From Macrostomum lignano (lineage: Eukaryota), in assembly GCA_002269645.1 (NCBI GenBank), contig NIVC01000247.1, forward strand, positions 124,001 to 188,000: a stretch of 64,000 bases of DNA, given 5' to 3'. Shown piece after piece: positions 35,155 through 46,983 of the stretch. Within the stretch, counting starts at the first letter, position 1. The number at the start of each line of letters is the position of its first letter. The notes beneath the pieces were generated by a model. That model was not told the DNA's origin and ran no database searches. It saw only the letters and a list, made by a program, of their open reading frames with translations. The position numbers and the translations under genes are program-made.

Positions 35155-38100
35155 GAATGGAGCCTGCGGCTTAATTTGACTCAACACGGGAAACCCCTGC
35201 TGACAGATGACCTGAAACTCCCAGCCTGGCAGCACGGCTTTCGCCCGATGCGCTCGACCACCACTGCCCTGTGCCAGCTCGTTGAGCAGATCAGCACTGG
35301 TTTCTGCCATGCTAAACACCCGGCGAGAACAGGCACAGTTGCCCTCGACTTGAAAGCCGCTATCGATTGTGTGGATCACTACGAGCTCATTACCGACATC
35401 TTTAACTCCGACCTGCCGAACCTGCAACTCTCCAACTACCTTCTTGGTCGTCACGCCCGCACCGTGCTGCGCGACTGCAAGTCCGCCTGGCGCCAAGTCC
35501 GTATGGGAGTCCCCCTTATGGCAGCGCGATCAACCCGCTTCTCTTCGCTTTCTACCTGAAGGACACCCCTATGCCGGACGACCCTGACTCAAGCCTTATC
35601 GGATACGCCGACGACCTGACTGTGGCTGCGTCTTCCGCTTCCATCTCGCGCATCCAGGAGCAACTTAACGTCTACCTGGCGCGTCTGGTGCTGTTTCTTG
35701 ACGCCCGCAAGCTCAAGGTCTCCGCAGTAAAATGTACTACGACGCTCTTCACTCCGGACCAACGGGAATACGCCAGGGCCCTCGAGGTCAACTTTGACGG
35801 CTTCAGACTACCCCAGGCCCTCTATCCTAAAATCCTGGGAGTCATCTTTGACCCGAAAATGACGTTTTGCCGCCACGTCAACGCGACGACCCAGAAGGCC
35901 CGCAAGCGTAATAGCGTCCTCCGTTGCTTGGCGGGCAGCAGTTGGGGTTGCTGCAAGGAGCTGCTTCTCAACACCTTTAGGGCGATTTCACGCAGCATCC
36001 TCAACTACGCTGCTCCTGTTTGGGGACCTACTATCTCGTCCTCCTCCTGGACCGGGCTCCAGGCGGTCCAAAACGCGGCCATTCGGTGCGTCACGGGCTG
36101 CACCGTCAGCGGTGCCGTGGCTGACCTCCACTGCGAGACTCGGATGCTCCCGGTCCAGCAGCACAACAGGCTCCTCTCTCCAGTTCCCTCTGGCCTCCCG
36201 CTGCCCTGAGCACCCCTGTCATCATCTTTCCGCCTGCCCGGCTCCTCGCCGGCGCATGAAGCCGTCCATCTTTACAGCACCGTTCTTTGATGATTCCTGG
36301 CAGCCAGTCACCGCCCCGGCGGTCATCGACGACGCGGCAGCCTGGGACAGGGCGAGACGAGCACAAAATTCGCTCATCGTACTGGATTATATCGACAGCC
36401 TACCTCCTAACCGCGTCGTTGGTCTCCGCCCTGATATCTGCGAGTCTGAACGCTCTCTGCCGCGCCGTACATTCTGCCTGCTCGCCCAGCTGCGCTCAGG
36501 TTTCAGCCCCTTGCTTCGCATCTACCAGCACCGGCTGAACCCTGAGACGCCTCCCAGCTGCCCTGAGTGTGGCGCGGCCTTGCATGACAGCCTGCATCTC
36601 TTTAACTGACCGGCTCACCCCACCGAGCTGGAGCCTTCGAATCAGTGGCGCAACCCCATTGAAGTCGCTAAGTTCCTGTTGCTGTCCGTCCAGCTTGACC
36701 CCGGCGAGAGTAAAAAACAACACCATCACGGTCGCAAGCGTCATCACGATCGCAAGTGTCATCACGATCGCAAGCGTCATCACGATCGCAAGTGTCATCA
36801 TGATCGCAAGCGTCATCACGATCGCAAGCGTCATCACGTCGCAAGCGTCATCACGATCGCATGCGTCATCACGATCGCAAGCGTCATCACGATCGCAAAC
36901 CCCATCACGGCAAGAGTGCTTGATATTTCGTCACCTTATCTATGCTCTAGACGACAGGATTTAGGACAAAAAAAACGAATTTAGACAGACGCTCGTACAT
37001 GTAAAAGCAGCCATAAGTTTCCAGGAACAATCCAGGTACATTGTTTGTACTAGCTGTTTCGTAATCATGCAGTGCCATTTTCTGATTAGCGTAGCCGCAA
37101 TTAAGTAGCAAGAATAACAATTTAGTTTTGTACTGCTATTGGGCTTATTGGCTTATAATTAATTACCATTCTGATATATATATATTGTTTTTTTTATTTA
37201 TCGAGACATTGAGTCACCAGTGTTTTACTGCACTTACTGCACTGTAGTACAAAAATAGTACAGGTGCTACTGAAATATTCTAGGGGTTAGCCCCTAAAAC
37301 CCTTCTGGCTCCTATGGGTCCCCTGCCGGTTTTTTCCAGTGTGGAGGTAAGCTACAGACAGGTACAGTAAGCTACAGACAGGTACAGTAAGCTACAGACA
37401 GGTACAGTAAGCTACAGACAGGTACAGTAATCTACAGACAGGTACAGTAATCTACAGACAGATACAGTAAGCTACAAACAGGTACAGTAAGCTACAGACA
37501 GGTACAGTAAGCTACAGACAGGTACAGTAAGCTACAGACAGGTACAGTAAGCTACAGACAGGTACAGTAAGCTACAGACAGGTACAGTAATCTACAGACA
37601 GGTACAGTAATCTACAGACAGATACAGTAAGCTACAAACAGGTACAGTAAGCTACAGACAGGTACAGTAAGCTACAGACAGGTACAGTAAGCTACAGACA
37701 GGTACAGTAAGCTACAGACAGGTACAGTAAGCTACAGACAGGTACAGTAATCTACAGACAGGTACAGTAATCTACAGACAGGTACAGTAAGCTACAGACA
37801 GGTACAGTAAGCTACAGACAGGTACAGTAATCTACAGACAGATACAGTAAGCTACAGACAGGTACAGTAATCTACAGACAGATACAGTAAGCTACAAACA
37901 GGTACTGTAATCTACAGACAGGTACAGTAAGCTACAGACAGGTACAGTAAGCTACAGACAGGTACAGTAAGCTACAGACAGGTACAGTAAGCTACAGACA
38001 GGTACAGTAATCTACAGACAGGTACAGTAAGCTACAGACAGGCACAGTAAGCTACAGACAGGTACAGTAAGCTACAGACAGGCACAGTAAGCTACAGACA

Positions 38101-38410
38101 AGCTGGGGTGACTCACCACCAGCCCGAAGGGGCCGGGAATCTTGGGCAGCAGGCGGATCAGGTACAGGACAAACAGAATGCCGGTGCCGAAAGCGGCGGT
38201 GGTGCCAACAAAAGCAACAAAGCCGCCGCCGTGAGCGGACCAGGGGAAGACGGTGCCGCAGATGAATAAAATCACGGCCGAGACGAAAGCCGCAATCAGC
38301 ACGATGCCGAGGGGGGTTCGGACAAAGTCTTTGTCCAGCCCTACACCGGGTCCCTCGGAATGGGTGGCTGTGGTCTCGGTAGTGGTTGCTTTATAGGCGT
38401 CGGTCTCCAT
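30118..38410 (-). CDS. MARVEL-domain tetraspan membrane protein (plasmolipin/CMTM/MAL-like), 193 aa; exons 38410-38117, 31299-31198, 30303-30118
   Basis: LDKDFVRTPLGIVLIA (MARVEL N-terminal motif); four hydrophobic helices; phase-0 GT-AG introns. Confidence 0.85.
30400..31050. repeat. 26-bp minisatellite GGGATTTCCCAGGGGAGTTTATCATA in MARVEL intron 2
   Basis: Tandem units with variants. Confidence 0.9.
31595..32330 (+). pseudogene. Decayed CACTA/EnSpm-type transposase remnant
   Basis: Colinear fragments LPLF..LWPIL, LYKG, FLRKLVGEVKLL, GDAPASAY..GFLSH, SYNCHLLLHL...V..YG...FENHLGVLK with frameshifts and stops. Confidence 0.75.
33759..33816 (+). rRNA. 18S rDNA fragment, upstream flank of the insertion site (non-functional)
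   Basis: GGCAGCCTCCAGGAAACCAAAGTTTTTAGGTTCCGGGGGAAGTATGGTTGCAAAGCTG matches the conserved 18S stretch preceding AAACTTAAAGG; followed by an 8-bp duplication CAAAGCTG (33817-33824). Confidence 0.9.
33825..35122 (+). mobile_element. 5'-truncated R2-clade RLE-type retrotransposon inserted in 18S rDNA (R8-like)
   Basis: YLGV, APLKPDQK, LHMQL..GLGLP thumb (ORF to 34396). After a frameshift: CRRCG...ETDLHVLNECP (CCHC), RRHN, KPDLI, IDVTVPYE, KEAKY (RLE), stop at 35036. ~80-nt 3' UTR, then A7 (35116-35122) abutting 18S. Confidence 0.9.
35123..35195 (+). rRNA. 18S rDNA fragment, downstream flank of the insertion site (non-functional)
   Basis: TAAAGGAATTGACGGAAGGGCACCACCAGGAG[GAA]TGGAGCCTGCGGCTTAATTTGACTCAACACGGGAAACC: the universally conserved 18S sequence with a 3-nt insertion. 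Confidence 0.97.
36727..36900. repeat. 18-bp tandem repeat TCACGATCGCAAGCGTCA (~9 copies)
   Basis: Begins directly after the LINE tail. Confidence 0.9.
37345..38100. repeat. 20-bp minisatellite GTAAGCTACAGACAGGTACA
   Basis: Highly homogeneous tandem array next to the MARVEL exon 1 donor. Confidence 0.97.
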
Positions 38411-38619
38411 GGAAACGCTAGTGTGTAGTCTTTGTAGATTTTTGTTAGTATGGACTAGTTGGTGTGCTGCTTCAGGAACAGGAGCGGCTCCGGCTTAGCA
38501 AGCTGTTAGCATGAAATTTAGGGGAGAAATTGGTAACTATTTAATCAGACTTTAAGTGAGAGTTTGTATTTCGATTTTGAAGTGATTTTAATTATGCGAA
38601 TGTAATTTACTATCGTCTG

Positions 38620-38691
38620 TCTGTCTACCTGCCTGTTTATCTGCGTCTGCCTGTCTGTCTGTGCCTGTCCGTCCGTTTGTCTGACTGGCTA

Positions 38692-38734
<43 letters not shown>

Positions 38735-38802
38735 TAGTGTCTGTCTGTCTGTCTGTCTGTCTGTATGTCTGTCTGTCTGTCTGTCTGCCTGTCTGTCTGT
38801 CA
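38620..38802. repeat. (CTGT)n microsatellite
   Basis: Tetranucleotide run. Confidence 0.9.
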
Positions 38803-39263
38803 TAAAATCGATAAATAAATAAGCAGACTCAGCATTCAGTAATCAAAAATGAGCAGCATCGAGGCTCAAAAGGATGTATTTTAACCGGGTCACGTTAGTG
38901 GTAAACTTAATAAACTACAGAATATATCATAAGATGAACAAACTTTAAATTTTTAAGCCCATCTTAGTAACGACTTAACGAGGAAGTTTAACGACAGTGA
39001 AACTAACTGGCATGACATTATTTTAATATGAGAATCGCTAACTGTCCTTACTAGGAAATATGATTTGAAAAAACCACAACTTACTACTTGCAGTAATAAT
39101 AAACAAATTACATTTGTCGTTTCTTTGCTAAAATTAAAATTTAGAATTATGATGATTAACAAACTACCAAAAAATGTTATCAAACAAGCAGACAGAAGAT
39201 GAAAACAAAGCTGAATTCACAAAAAATAAGTTAATATTAATTTGTTAGCATTCGCTAAGAAGT

Positions 39264-40524
39264 TCAAGCCAGCTTAACTCCGCCACTCTTGGCCTGGTCC
39301 AGGCGATTCTCCACGTCGTCCCAGTTGATCACCTTCCAGATGCTCTTGACGTAGTCTGGGCGAACGTTCTTGTACTGCAGGTAGTAGGCGTGCTCCCACA
39401 CGTCTATGCCCAGCAGCGGCTCCAGGCCTGTGGTGGCCTTCAGCGGATCCTGGAATGCAATTTCAATGAGTGCAGGCGGGTCAGGACTGACTTTGGTGCT
39501 GACAGATGGGTCAGGACTGGCTCTGGTGCTGACAGGTGGGTCAGGACTGGCTCTGGTGCTGACAGGTGGGTCAGGACTGGCTCTGGTGCTGACAGGTGGG
39601 TCAGGACTGGCTCTGGTGCTGACAGGTGGGTCAGGACTGGCTCTGGTGCTGACAGGTGGGTCAGGACTGGCTCTGGTGCTGACAGGTGGGTCAGGACTGG
39701 CTCTGGTGCTGACAGGTGGGTCAGGACTGGCTCTGGTGCTGACAGGTGGGTCAGGACTGACTCTGGTGCTGACAGGTGGGTCAGGACTGGCTCTTGTGCT
39801 GACAGGTGGGTCAGGACTGGCTCTTGTGCTGACAGGTGGGTCAGGACTGGTTCTGGTGCTGTCATGATTGCTCAGGTCATGAATCAAGACATGCTAAGAT
39901 GAACCCATCTCAAACTGATGGGTCAATAGCTACTCGGATGGGGCAATAGCTACTCAGAAAGGTCAAAGGTCAGCTATAAAAGTACACACTGACCTGGTTA
40001 GCGCAGGTGGCAATCTGCAGCCGGTCAGTCTTGAAGTTATAGCCCAGCCAGGCCCATCCGCTACCCTGAACACCCACGGCGGCGGCTGACATCTGCTCCT
40101 GGAACTTGCTGAACGAGCCGAAATCGCGATTGACCGCCTCCAACAGGAACCGGGATGGCTCGCCACCGCCCTGAGGGCTGAGGTTCTTCCAGAAGATGCT
40201 GTGGTTCACGTGACCGCCGCCATTGAACCGCAGAGCCGCCTGGACGGCAATGATGTCGGAAGTTTTGCCGGCGGCTAGAGCGGCAGCCAGGGTCTCCTGG
40301 GCGGAGTTGAAATTGTTCACATAGGTGGCGTGGTGCTTCTGATGGTGCAGACGCATGATATCGGCGCTGATGACCGGCTCCAGGGCGCTGTAGTCGTAGG
40401 GCAGGTCGGGCAGGACAGCCTTTACAATTGGCTGAGGAGCCTGAGCCGCACCGCTGAGCGGTTGGATGCAGAGCCGCTGGCACAGACGGACAGCAGATGG
40501 CAGCTTGGAGCCGATGCAGTGCAT
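39264..40524 (-). CDS. SOD2: Mitochondrial manganese superoxide dismutase; exons 40524(or 40542/40566)-39994 and 39449-39264
   Basis: [64 protein letters not shown]; all four Mn ligands present. The start ATG is ambiguous; an acceptor AG at 40533-40532 favours 40524. Confidence 0.97.
39478..39863. repeat. 30-bp minisatellite GGGTCAGGACTGGCTCTGGTGCTGACAGGT (~13 copies) in the SOD2 intron
   Basis: Tandem copies. Confidence 0.97.
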
Positions 40525-41480
40525 GTTGGAGCTGAAGAGCATGTGGGTTGGGGTGAATAAATTCATTACTAATTATACACTTAATTTCTATTAATAATCA
40601 AATTAAATTTTTATATAATCGAAATGTCAATAAAAATACTATAGAAGTTAAAAAATAATAGCAAAACCATATATAATAATTAGGACTCACAAAACTGAAG
40701 CTGCTTTTATAACTTATGTCATTGTGTCTTATAATTTCTAAGAAATAGCTTTTCATAGAACTAAATCAGGGTATAAATAATAATGATTTAATTCACTTTA
40801 TCTAATTCAAAACCTACCTAAAAGATTATATCTGAACTATTAAGATTTAGTTACATATATATAATATAAGATTTTTGGCTAAAAATAGAACTATTTCTTG
40901 AATATAAAAATCCATCATTTTTCTTTTTAATTCAATATATCATTGAAATTTCTTCCTTTATTTTAGGTACCTACAAATTTTTTATATGCTGAAAAATAGG
41001 ATATATTAGATATATAGATGAATATTTTTATATAGCAAAATTTATGATACATTTTCAATTTCACCAGCTAATAAAAAAGATGTGATATATAAGTTTGAAA
41101 ATGAAGAAATAGACTAAAATAGGCCAAAATAGGAACAATAATGACAAAATAAAATGATTAAAGAAGCCATCCTATAATAAAAGCTAATTTTCTATAATGC
41201 TACACAATACTAGAGATCCCAAAATCCTAGGGTTTTATGATACTAGGAAACCAATAGGTTAATCTCTAGACATGATAGAAAAGTATTAAATCATAGGAAT
41301 TTGGGATCTGAGAATTCTGACTTCAATTCAATATTGTGAAAATGCCAAAAATCATTTAACTTGGTATGTTTATAGACCTAATAATAGCCTATAATTATAT
41401 GAAACAAGTTTTATACACTTTTAACAAAAATAAACTTGACTTTTTCAATAACAAAAATTCCACCTTGGCCTAGGGTAGAA

Positions 41481-42500
41481 TATGAGGGCAAATCAAAAAG
41501 TCCTGTTACTTTCTTAACTAGGCCTAGAAACAAAACAAACAATGATTAACTGTTAATCATTTTATACTTTCTCAACAAAGTTCCCATGCAGTGACACACA
41601 CACTTGGCCTAGCACTTTGGTAGCTTCTAAATGCCCATAGTGTACTAGTCTTTACCCTGGTTTTTGCATCACTGGTTTACCAAGGATGCTAATACAGTCA
41701 TAGAAGCCTAATGGTGGCCTTAAAGTGAGTTTTTTAGAACTAAGAATAGCCAAAAGTCTGATAGAGCTAGGTTTGGTAAATGAGCAGGGTGAGGGAGCTG
41801 CTTAAACCCTAGCTTGTAGATGGCAGCCTGCGCCTTGTGACAGGTATGCGCCAAAGTGTTGTCACATACTCGTATATGCTAACACCCATCCAACCCATCC
41901 AAACTAGATGGGTAAAATGGCCATTGGCCTAAGTTGCAAAATTGAAAATGTAATAAATGAAAAATTAGGAAAAGAAAGGAGAAGAGAAAAGGAAAAGAAA
42001 GGAAGGAGAAAAGAGAGGAAAAATGAAAGAAAAAAAAGAAAAGAAAAGAGAAAAAGGCAAAAAAAGTCATAGGCCTATACAATATAAAAATTAAGTCGCA
42101 ATTAGGGGAACTAAGTTGCAATTGGGAAGAACTAAGTTGCAATTGGGAGAAACTAAGTCACAAATCTAGACAAAACTAAGTTGCACTTGCACCAGATGGG
42201 TGAAATTTTGGGGTTGGGCATATATATATTGTCATAGAACAACTGGATGCCCCTGGTGACCTTTCCTTGTCTTTTCTCCTTGATTGCTTCTTTTAGCTAG
42301 CATAATATGGCAATGTAGGAGTCTCCTGTGACTATCCACTTCTCTGACAGCCACTTGATTAGCATCACCCCTTGCTGAACCCAGAAGATGGTGCCTATCC
42401 ACTTCTTCATTGATGGTACCATACTAGCCTTCATTGGAATAGGTTCATTGAGGCACTTCCATTGTATATTTTGAGCTTTGGTCTTTGGCTCATCTGGCCC
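41481..42500 (-). pseudogene. Decayed mariner transposase, split at the D-N motif by a ~365-bp insertion, with a TIR remnant
   Basis: 42500-42228: EPKTK.Q..QW...TIFW.QQGVMLI...LKEAIKEKRQGKVTRGI.LFYDN. 41863-41562: DNTLAH...LGFKQLPHPAHLPNLALSDFWLF..LK...GNFVEK*. TIR-like TATGAGGGCAAATCAAAAAGTCC at 41481-41503. Confidence 0.85.
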
Positions 42501-44554
42501 TAGCTAGGCCTATACATTTTCAACATAAAAAGTTATAAGGCTTACACATTGAACAAGTGCTTTGAAACCATACATAAGAAAAAATGGTCTATGAAAATTG
42601 TCTTAATAGATTAGATTGTTTTAGGGCCTAATGTTAAAGCTTTTATGATATTGATTTTTGGAAACATTGTTTTTGCTGATCTGATCATGTTTAGGCCCTA
42701 TTCTTGGCCAAATTTTGTTTGGCACCTCAACTTAAGAATTAAGACTCAAAAATAGCAATGTTGCATCAAATATAAGTCTAAATCTAATTAGTATAGCCTA
42801 TAGGGCCTAGAGTTTGATGAAATTTTAAATCTAACTTTTTTATTTAAGCCTAACCCACAGTCCCACATAGCAACATGCAAACAAGATAGCCATAGATAAT
42901 TCAAGCCTATGGCATAGGCTAATGCATGGTACAATTCAATAGGCAGGCCTACAAAACTCAAAACTGAGGTTGACAATGTATCAAAATAACTTCTCCAGGA
43001 CAACACTTGTGTCACTTTTCAGTGGAAGCGTAATAAAAAATTGAAATAAAACTATTTTCATGTTATAAAATTTAATTAATCTACGAGCGTATTAAGCATC
43101 TAAAATTTAACCTTATCTGTACTCTGTATTCTGGGATTGGATAATTTGCTAAAAATAAATTAAAAATAGCCGGTTAAATTTGTGAAGAAAACAATGCGTC
43201 ATTATAACAAAACTGATTCTATGCAAATAGATATATATATGTACTTTATAAGTTTTATATATAATTTTTATTTTCAAAAATTAAAATATAGCTAGCAATT
43301 CAGCTTTATGTACAGTAATAATCAATGTTAATATTTTCGCGAAAATAAGTTCGGTAAAATAATCAATATTTAATAGATAGTCACTAAATTGCATAGTATA
43401 TGAGGCAGTCGCATATATCACAATATGTATAGCGCTCATAGAAACACATGCATTTGTGATTACTGTATCGAATCTGTACATGCATATTAAATCTACATGT
43501 TTTAGCAGTTGGATTCGGTGCCTTAAATAAGTTTAAACTTAATTTTTTTGGCCCCGTATACACAATGTGTACAGCTGGTGTCTTGTCCCAAACTTCTCTC
43601 TATCCCAAAGAATTAGTTGGCCGAAATGAAAGAAAAAATGAGAAAAAGTTGAACTACATGTAGGATGTGCCGCATATAGCTACTGCGAAACAGCAAATAC
43701 TGAATGCTAAATCTAGCTACTGTAAGAACAGTTCCTTACTACGTGTGCATGTGTGGCTCTTAAGGGCAGGGGTCGGAATTGTTTTACTTTAAGGGTCAGA
43801 TAATTAAAGAATCCAGAGTGAATACGATAGGGAATAGGAAATGAGAGAGAATAGAAGAGAAGAGGATGCGAGAATATAATGAGTGAATGAGAAAATACGA
43901 GCGTAGATAAGAGGAGAGGGGAGAGATAGGGGGAAGAGGAGAGAAGAGGAAAGAGGGGAGAAGAGAGTTGAGAAGACACAAACCTTGAGCAGACTCAGGA
44001 GTTCGCCCCGACCCCTGCTCTAGGGAGTCTGTAGACTCTGACGGCCCCCAGCAAATGAATGACATGATTAAATGCTCGAAGCGAATTGCAGTTTGCGTGC
44101 GAAAGCTGGCATGCCCCATTCCCTACTCCAGACTAATTCTCGAATCGTCAACAGTCTTAACACTGACAGCGGTAGCTCCCAACCTGTCTCTAGCAATCCC
44201 CTTAATATTTGATAACTGATTGGACGCTAATTACAGCGCGTAAACGGTGCAGAGGTCTCTAGGAGCAGACACTCCTCAATGTCATGCGTCATCCCCATCG
44301 AGGGGGGCGGAGCTGCGACTCCCTGACCGGATTGGGCAATATTTATACGCAACTCTCGGCCTCGAATTGCCGAGATTGCGAAGTTTTGCGCGAATGGCTT
44401 TCACGCGATCGGGAGGTCAAGCACGCGACATCCCCCAGAAATATATATATCATAATAATTATAGCGATGCTGGACCCCATCAGTCCGGCCCTTGTTCCCG
44501 AGATTAATTCAGCTCTCACTTTTGAAAGTCAATTGACACACGACAGTAGCAGAA

Positions 44555-45759
44555 ATGCAGAGCGATTTGAAAGTGGGCAGCAGTTGTCCAAGTTGCTGCA
44601 ATGCTCAAGCTCATTGTCCTGAAGCCAGTTTTGGTAATTTCGCGGCATCGCCAAAGAGCCTGCAGTGGCAGCCAAATCTGACGGCCAAACCCGAATGCCA
44701 GGGGAATTCTGCGAATTTGACTCTGACTTCTGAGCCGCTGGATTTCTCCAGGTGAGATTCGCAATGACCTTTGCTGTATCTGCGAGACTTTTCGGGAATT
44801 TTCCTACCGTTGTGGGGGAATCATTGTGGAGGCAAGGGAATTTTCCTACTGATTGAGGGGAATCATTGTGGAGGCGAGGGAATTTTCCTACCGATTGAGG
44901 GGAATCATTGTGGAGGCAAGGGAATTTTCCTACCGATTGAGGGGAATCATTGTGGAGGCAAGGGAATTTTCCTACTGATTGAGGGGAATCATTGTGGAGG
45001 CAAGGGAATTTTCCTACCGATTGAGGGGAATTATTGTGGAGGCAAGGGAATTTTCCTACCGATTGAGGGGAATCATTGTGGAGGTGAGGGAATTTTCCTA
45101 CTGATTGAGGGGTATCATTGTGGAGGCGAGGGAATTTTCCTACTGATTGGGAGGGGGAATCATTGCGGAGGCGAGGGAATTTTCCTACCGATTGAGAGGT
45201 ATCATTGTGGAGGCGAGGGAATTTTCCTACTGATTGAGGGGAATCATTGTGGAGGCGAGGGAATTTTCCTACTGATTGGGAGGGGGAATCATTGCGGAGG
45301 CGAGGGAATTTTCCTACCGATTGAGAGGGGGAATCATTGCGGAGGCGAGGGAATTTTCCTACCGATTGAGAGGGGGAATCATTGCGGAGACGCGAATCCT
45401 TTAAACATCCGTCTTCTCATGCTCTCAGCAGGCAGCCACCTGTCTCGCTCACCTCTGCAATCAACCGCGAGTCAAGCAGCCGACCGGCCACAAAGAAGCA
45501 GACGAGCTGCTCGAAGCAGCGACAGCAGCAACCAGACCGAGTCCGTCGACGCCACGCCGCCAACGATCGGGAGCGACGTCGGATGAACGCTTTGAACGCG
45601 GCGTTCGACCAGCTCAGAGCGGCGATTCCGGCCGCTGAGGGTGATGAGGCGGCAGCGCTGCTCGGAGGCTGCGGCGGTCACGGCAGACGGCTGAGCAAAT
45701 TTGAGACTCTGCTGATGGCGCAGGCCTACATTGAGATGCTGACTGGCTTGCTGGGCTAA
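44555..45759 (+). CDS. atonal: Atonal-family bHLH transcription factor; exons 44555-44751 and 45429(or 45432)-45759
   Basis: [29 protein letters not shown]...[16 protein letters not shown] matches the Atonal/Amos/ATOH basic region and helix 2; phase-2 GT-AG intron; AATAAA at 45813-45818. The exact orthologue is uncertain. Confidence 0.85.
44790..45390. repeat. 42-45-bp minisatellite GGGAATTTTCCTACCGATTGAGGGGAATCATTGTGGAGGCAA in the bHLH intron
   Basis: Tandem copies. Confidence 0.95.
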
Positions 45760-45869
45760 ATGAGCCTTGCTTAACCTGCGACTGTGCGCTCAGCTTGTGT
45801 TGAATCCTATTGAATAAAATCCACTGCTTTTCTGAACTTCTATTTTCATTTCATCTGGAATGAAGGGAT

Positions 45870-46425
<556 letters not shown>

Positions 46426-46983
46426 TTCCTGGGGACATGGTAGATTTTGATGCAAAATACCTGCCTTTCTACTACAAGTAGACTAACGAAACTATTACAA
46501 GAAAAAAGCAAGAAAAATATTCACCATGACCGTAAAATGCATGTAAACAGTCAGAATGAAAAGCAAGGCAGGGAGGCATTATGAAATCTTTTATAGGGCG
46601 CAGGCTCTGCATGCATGGTGTATTCGCTGCTGACTGCTGCTGCTGCTGCTGGTATCCAAAGTGCTGTTGAACTGATGCTGCAGCACAGCGAGGCGGCTGT
46701 TACCTACAGTATAAAAGATCGAAAAACACAGATTAAACAGGTTTAACCCCCCCCCCAATGTACATGTTAGGGCAAGCAAAAGGTAATTAATAATTTTACA
46801 ACTGCAAACTGGCGACATCGCACATATTTGCTGTGCGAGTGTGCAGTGTTGATCAGGTTCTCTCTTGTTCGAGCTAATGATGTGGCTCGCCGGGGCCGCT
46901 GCCCCCCCCCCCCATTCACTAGGCTGGTGAATTTTATGGGCACATTTTTGCCCAGCTGATTTAGCGCCCTTTACGGCAGCTGT

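Larger units (their letters stand above)
33440..36722 (+). mobile_element. 5'-truncated, frameshifted I-group (Ingi/I-like) non-LTR retrotransposon, split at 33758/35194
   Basis: AIKRSKPSKA.GPDG, IPAVWKKS, ISFLSPLAKIFEKLLL | PLLTDDLKLPAWQHGFR, LDLKAAIDCVDH, YADDL, LAGSSWG, LAQLRSG...CPECG..HDSLHLFN*P; A/CAA-rich tail ~36712-36722. The 5' limit is approximate. Confidence 0.88.

Noticed and set aside
33759-35195. Functional rRNA locus
   Set aside because: Only ~130 bp of 18S in total, with substitutions and a 3-nt insertion, embedded in a LINE within an intron.
39390-39902. Repeat ORFs apparently fused to the SOD2 C-terminus
   Set aside because: The repeat lies inside a GT-AG intron (39993-39450); splicing restores the canonical ANQ|DPL junction.
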